Shown piece by piece: positions 34,202 through 38,339 of a DNA stretch of 38,339 nt. A program made the position numbers and the translations under genes. Source of the stretch: a virus (lineage: Duplodnaviria > Caudoviricetes); IMG/VR virus record IMGVR_UViG_3300035093_000002, positions 1 to 38,339 of that record; one strand, written 5' to 3'. Every line of letters starts with the position of its first letter. Positions within the stretch are counted from its first letter, which is position 1. A model generated the notes under the pieces. The model was not told where the DNA came from and ran no database searches. It saw only the letters and a list, made by a program, of their open reading frames with translations.

Positions 34202-35397
34202 GCGGCTGCCTCCTGCTTCGTTGCTGCGGCGAGGATGTCGTGGAACTGGGCGGCCGAGTGGTCCCAGTCGAAGTTGGCTTTGACGTGCGCCGGCCCGAGG
34301 GACCCGAGCTGCCGACGAACGGCGGGCTTCTGGGCCAGTCGGATGACGGCCTCGGTAAAGAGGTCCGAGTCGATGGCCGCCCACTTGTGGTCGTACTCGT
34401 TATCGACGAGGTAGGCGGGCGGGATCAACACTCCCGCTGGTCCGACCACTTCCGGGACGGCTGAGTAGTCCATCGCCACAGCCGGGGTCCCGCAGGCGAT
34501 GGCCTCGGCGATCGTCAGCCCGAACCCTTCGGCCCCGATGGATGCGTAGATGTCGGCGGCGTTGTATAGGACGTTCAGCGCGTTCCTATCCAGCCCTCGG
34601 AAGGTGTCGTGGGCGTTGGTGAACATGACCCGTGCGGCGTGCTCGGGGGACAGCTTGGAGATGGTGTCGCGCAGGACCCCGCCCTGGTCGATGGGGGAGC
34701 AATGCAACACGAGGTCGGCGTTCGGCACCGCATCGAAGACCGGAACCATCGCGGCGATGAGCCGGTTCTGCATCTTCCGCGGCATGTGCCGGTCGGTCCG
34801 TAGGACCATCACCCTGTCCGAGGGATAGCCGAAGACCGACTTGGCTCCATCCTTGGTGACGATGACCTTGCCCTTGGCCTTGCCCGGTCGGTTCGGCGCG
34901 ACCGGGAAGAAGTCGTCCGTGTTGACTCCGTGATAGACCATCGGCGGCCGGACGCCGGTCACCTTCTCTATCTGGTCGGCTCCGAACTCGCTCATGGCGA
35001 TGGGCTTGACGATGTCCCAGACCTGTTTCCACGCGGGCGGTAGGTCGATACCCTCGACCGGGCAGTAGTGGAACGAGGGGATGCTGGCGAACGACTGGGT
35101 GACCTGTGGCCCTGTTCCAAGGACATAGCCCCGGACCGCGAAGAAGTCGCCGAGGATGACGCACGTCTCGGGCTTCCAGCCGTCCCGGAACCCGTTGGCG
35201 ACGATGCCGGGGAAGTCCACTCCTCGAGATACGTCCCACGTTCGCTCCCCGAGCGGATGCGGGATCGGGTCGGCGGTCTGGTTCTGCGACAGGAGCCGCA
35301 CATCGTCGCCTTGGGCGAGTAGCCGGGTAACGAGGTCCCAGGTGACGGTCCCGAAGCCGGTCTGGGCGGCGTCCCCGAACCACAGGATGCGGGTCAC
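34198..35397 (-). CDS. GT4-family glycosyltransferase
   Basis: TGFG N-terminal loop, RK, YNAADI, EGFGLTIAEAIACGTP (E-x7-E). Confidence 0.9.
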   Translation of the reverse strand: MTRILWFGDAAQTGFGTVTWDLVTRLLAQGDDVRLLSQNQTADPIPHPLGERTWDVSRGVDFPGIVANGFRDGWKPETCVILGDFFAVRGYVLGTGPQVTQSFASIPSFHYCPVEGIDLPPAWKQVWDIVKPIAMSEFGADQIEKVTGVRPPMVYHGVNTDDFFPVAPNRPGKAKGKVIVTKDGAKSVFGYPSDRVMVLRTDRHMPRKMQNRLIAAMVPVFDAVPNADLVLHCSPIDQGGVLRDTISKLSPEHAARVMFTNAHDTFRGLDRNALNVLYNAADIYASIGAEGFGLTIAEAIACGTPAVAMDYSAVPEVVGPAGVLIPPAYLVDNEYDHKWAAIDSDLFTEAVIRLAQKPAVRRQLGSLGPAHVKANFDWDHSAAQFHDILAAATKQEAAA

Positions 35398-36395
35398 GAC
35401 AGGAGCTCCCGGATGCGCTCCGCTTCGGCGTCGTAGTCGATGCAGTCGAACTCGGCACGGATGGCTCGGCACATCGCCAGATGGCGTTCCCGGTCGGCCA
35501 CGATATCCCTCACGATGGACGCGGCTTCCGCTACCGGGTGCTTGTCGAGGTCGATACAGGTGACCATGTCCTGCCAGAACCCTTCGCCCATGAGTCCGCG
35601 GTAGTGGGCACCGTGCCCGATGAGGGGCCGGCCGATAGCGGCCCAGTCGTGGATGACGTGCCCGAACCCGTCGCCCTGCACCTTGTCGTGCCAGCCGAAG
35701 GCGGACCCGGCCATGAGGTCGGCGATATCAACGACGGTCTCGACGTTGCCGTCCGGGCCGTCGATGCCGTGACTGGCGAAGGTGAACTCGGGGAGCAGCC
35801 CACGGACTTCGTCGAACGGGCGTTGGCACGGCGTGGAGTTGAAGCAGTTGACGAACGAGCGGATCGTGCGGCTTTCGGGGTCCGGCTCTCGATAGGCGAA
35901 GACGGCGGTGTCGATCTCCTGGTGATAGACGACACCACGGCCCCGGATGGGGACCTCTGACGACACGAGGGCCAGCGGGTCCAGCGTCCAGTCGACGTGC
36001 TGGTTCGTGTTGCCAACTTGCAGGACGTACTTGGCTCCGACCTCATCGGCGAACCGCCGGAACCCTGCTTGGTTGTCCTGCACCGTGGCAACGACGTAGT
36101 CCCACGGAAGGTCGCGGGCCGTGCTGAGAGGAACACCGTGAATAGGTCGGTCGGGGTGATGGCCGTCGTATGTGTGACCAAGGAATAGCGCGCCGGGTCC
36201 GCCGTTATCGAACGGGGCCTCGTTGAGGAACTGCGCGGCTAGCCGGTCGTCGCCGTATCCCTCACCGAACCGCCAGTAGCCTTCGTCCCACCAATCGTGC
36301 CCGATGGGCGTGTAGACCTCGACGCCGAGCCGGTCGAAGAGGAGTTGGAGGCTGTAGAAGAGGGCGTGGTGATGTCTGTCGACGAGCGCCCTCAT
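35394..36395 (-). CDS. Divergent GT-B glycosyltransferase
   Basis: GDGFGHVIHDWAAIGRPLI is the equivalent of the GT4 signature; size and context. Confidence 0.68.
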   Translation of the reverse strand: MRALVDRHHHALFYSLQLLFDRLGVEVYTPIGHDWWDEGYWRFGEGYGDDRLAAQFLNEAPFDNGGPGALFLGHTYDGHHPDRPIHGVPLSTARDLPWDYVVATVQDNQAGFRRFADEVGAKYVLQVGNTNQHVDWTLDPLALVSSEVPIRGRGVVYHQEIDTAVFAYREPDPESRTIRSFVNCFNSTPCQRPFDEVRGLLPEFTFASHGIDGPDGNVETVVDIADLMAGSAFGWHDKVQGDGFGHVIHDWAAIGRPLIGHGAHYRGLMGEGFWQDMVTCIDLDKHPVAEAASIVRDIVADRERHLAMCRAIRAEFDCIDYDAEAERIRELLS

Positions 36396-36544
36396 CGACA
36401 GCACCCGACCTGGCTACAAAGGTGATTGCCGGGGTGGTGGTAGTAGACCTCTTGGACGAACCGCCACCAGAAGCGGTAGTCGACCAGTATTCCGCCGATG
36501 ATTCCGCCGATGAGAGCCACGGCCGCAATGACTAGCGGGCTCAT
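36392..36544 (-). CDS. Micro membrane protein with His/Cys tail (50 aa), not in the ORF track
   Basis: MSPLVIAAVALIGGIIGGILVDYRFWWRF...HHPGNHLCSQVGCCR*; ATGA overlaps on both sides. Confidence 0.68.
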   Translation of the reverse strand: MSPLVIAAVALIGGIIGGILVDYRFWWRFVQEVYYHHPGNHLCSQVGCCR

Positions 36545-37590
36545 CCGAGGAACGCCTTCCACTCGGCTTTGATCCTGTCCTTGCCGAACAGGTCGATGGC
36601 CCGCTGGCGTTGGTGATTGCTAAATGCGCTGGCGAATGCGACTTCCGTGTTGAGCAATGTCCGCAGCGCCGCTCCCGCCGCAGTCGGGTCGTCCTTTGCG
36701 AGGGCCGGCTCCACGAGCTCGTGACCCTCGAACATCAGGTGCCCGTACGGGAATATCCGCATGTGAGACGGGCCGATGGACACGACAGGAATGCCGGTCA
36801 TCATCGCCTCGATGAGCCCGAGGGTGTAGCTGGCCGGCTGGGTGCCTGTGTACAGGTACACCCTCGCGCGCCTGAGCCACGCCTTCATCTCGTCGTAGGT
36901 CAGCTCGCCCGGTCCGCCGATAGCCTCGGAGCCTGGACCGAGGGGTAGCGCGAACGGGGGTGGTGGGCCGTCCATGCCGTTCGGTAGGGCCAGTCCCGCC
37001 GTTGCGTCCCGCCAGAAGCCGTAGTTGGTGTAGGGGTCACGCTGGGCGAGGTGCTGGGTGATGTTGATGACCCCCGGCCACTCGCCGGTCCAGCCCTGCC
37101 ACTCGTCGGGGTCCTTGTAAAAGCGGATGAGCGCGTCCTCACCGGCGAAGTTCGGGATGTTCCGTTCCTTCGGGGAGTAGCGGACGATCTGAAGCCCGTC
37201 CTTGCGGAGCGGGGCCATCATCGCCTCGTTGCCGTCTACCGACTGCCCGACCGTCCTCCAGATGACGCGCTTGTGCTTGATGCGGTCCCACTGGGGAACG
37301 AGCCATGTGTGTTCGTAGTGATGGCAAATGATGACGTCGGCCCAGTCGAGGATGTCGTCGGGGATATGGCGCTTGGCGGCGTCGAGGTTGTCCGGGGTCC
37401 CGAGAGCGTCCACGACGGCCTGTAGCTCCGGGTGGTACGGGACCTCTGGCAGAGCCGGACGCTTCGGATCATGCGGCGCTCCCGGATTGATATAGCCGCC
37501 GATGCTGAACACGTCGTAGCCCGCTTCCGACAGAAGCTTGAGCTGATCGTGTTCCTCGATGGAATGGGCGAGGAGGAGGAGGATGTTCAT
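36541..37590 (-). CDS. GT4-like glycosyltransferase
   Basis: RVYLYTG..PASYTLGLIEAMMTGIPVVS; C-terminal AIDLFG...WKAFL. Confidence 0.8.
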   Translation of the reverse strand: MNILLLLAHSIEEHDQLKLLSEAGYDVFSIGGYINPGAPHDPKRPALPEVPYHPELQAVVDALGTPDNLDAAKRHIPDDILDWADVIICHHYEHTWLVPQWDRIKHKRVIWRTVGQSVDGNEAMMAPLRKDGLQIVRYSPKERNIPNFAGEDALIRFYKDPDEWQGWTGEWPGVINITQHLAQRDPYTNYGFWRDATAGLALPNGMDGPPPPFALPLGPGSEAIGGPGELTYDEMKAWLRRARVYLYTGTQPASYTLGLIEAMMTGIPVVSIGPSHMRIFPYGHLMFEGHELVEPALAKDDPTAAGAALRTLLNTEVAFASAFSNHQRQRAIDLFGKDRIKAEWKAFLG

Positions 37591-38315
37591 CGAACGCTCG
37601 CCACGAAGCCGCACGTTCCGCCAGCGGCGATGTCGTCCGGGTTCCCGGTCAGGGTCACGACGTGCGTGTCAGCCAACAGGTCGACGATGTCCGAGCCCTT
37701 GTGCCCTCGGACCGAATGCGATTCCCCGACGATGAGGTCCACCCTGGATACGGCGGGGTCGGCGAGGATGACCCACTCGCCTCCTTCGCAGTCGATCTTG
37801 ACCACGTCGACCCGGTCGGCCTTGAGTGCCTTCATAAGGTCGGTCAGGGACCACGGCGTGTCGTACACCACTTCGTCGTGGGCCAGCTCCCCGCCGTTGT
37901 CGTAGGCCAGGGTCGAGTTGCCGACGAAGGCGTGGTGCTCGGCTGATTCTGTCCCTCGGTAGGCATACCAGACCGAGATGGGGTCGGTGCCACCGGCCAC
38001 GCCTTCGATGAGCGTCACCCGGTCCTCGAGCGAGTTGAGGGCGATGTTCTGGCGGATCAACGCCGCGTTCGGGGGGACCGGCTCGACGATGATGACCCGT
38101 GCCTCGGGGTTATCGAGCGCCAGCCCGATACCGACCCCGCCGAGATAGCCGCCGATGTCGATGCACGCTCCGGTGAAGGCGTAGTCCTTGAGGCCGTACT
38201 CGTCCTCGGTCATGCACGCTGCGAGTGTGTTCCAGTCGTTGGTCCCGTCACGGATAGCCATCCGTGCCACGAGCCCGCGCGGTGTCCTGAACGTCGTTTC
38301 TCTGACGTCGTACAT
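37587..38315 (-). CDS. FkbM-family SAM-dependent methyltransferase (5' part duplicated at 1-103)
   Basis: IDIGGYLG, VEPVPPN, VKIDCEGGE. Confidence 0.88.
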   Translation of the reverse strand: MYDVRETTFRTPRGLVARMAIRDGTNDWNTLAACMTEDEYGLKDYAFTGACIDIGGYLGGVGIGLALDNPEARVIIVEPVPPNAALIRQNIALNSLEDRVTLIEGVAGGTDPISVWYAYRGTESAEHHAFVGNSTLAYDNGGELAHDEVVYDTPWSLTDLMKALKADRVDVVKIDCEGGEWVILADPAVSRVDLIVGESHSVRGHKGSDIVDLLADTHVVTLTGNPDDIAAGGTCGFVASVR

Positions 38316-38339
38316 GTGGTGCCCTCTCTGTGCCCTCGG

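Larger units (their letters stand above)
1..38212. mobile_element. Complete circular temperate siphovirus-like phage genome
   Basis: Terminase, portal, HK97-fold capsid, tail tube, tape measure, lysis, integrase/attP and repressor/cro are all present; the ends overlap exactly and the FkbM gene runs across the junction. Confidence 0.95.

Noticed and set aside
38213-38339. Direct terminal repeat as a biological genome end
   Set aside because: It is exactly 127 nt (a common assembler k-mer) and lies within a CDS; best explained as assembly overlap
1-38339. CRISPR array, diversity-generating retroelement, or alternative genetic code
   Set aside because: No spaced repeat array or reverse transcriptase seen; genes tile compactly under the standard code

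Overview
The window is an apparently complete, circularly permuted genome (38,212 bp plus a 127-nt end overlap) of a GC-rich temperate siphovirus-like phage, probably of a monoderm high-GC host (Actinomycetota or Chloroflexota; inference only). Nearly all genes are on the minus strand. A divergent cro/repressor switch (about 24.7-25.5 kb) drives an early operon (Gp37/Gp68 radical SAM, HNH, ERF recombinase, replication protein, C5 methyltransferase, RlpA-like protein, xis, tyrosine integrase) that ends at an attP carrying the 3' half of tRNA-Asn(GTT) flanked by arm-type repeats. Next come a GIY-YIG nuclease, a LuxR-type HTH protein, a lysis region (membrane proteins, PL1 pectate-lyase-like enzyme, C39-like/SH3 endolysin, holin), terminase, a portal-MuF fusion, three collagen/fibre-like genes, protease and HK97-fold capsid. 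Then follow a cassette of FkbM methyltransferase, three glycosyltransferases and a micro membrane protein, the head-tail genes, and a tail module with a -1 frameshifted chaperone. The most notable features are the candidate virion glycosylation/O-methylation system placed inside the head operon near collagen-like head-fibre genes, a GIY-YIG nuclease with an integrase-arm-binding-like C-terminus next to attP, and recurrent RNA hairpins whose loops are complementary to the downstream ribosome-binding site. All annotations come from motif recognition by eye; no database searches were run.
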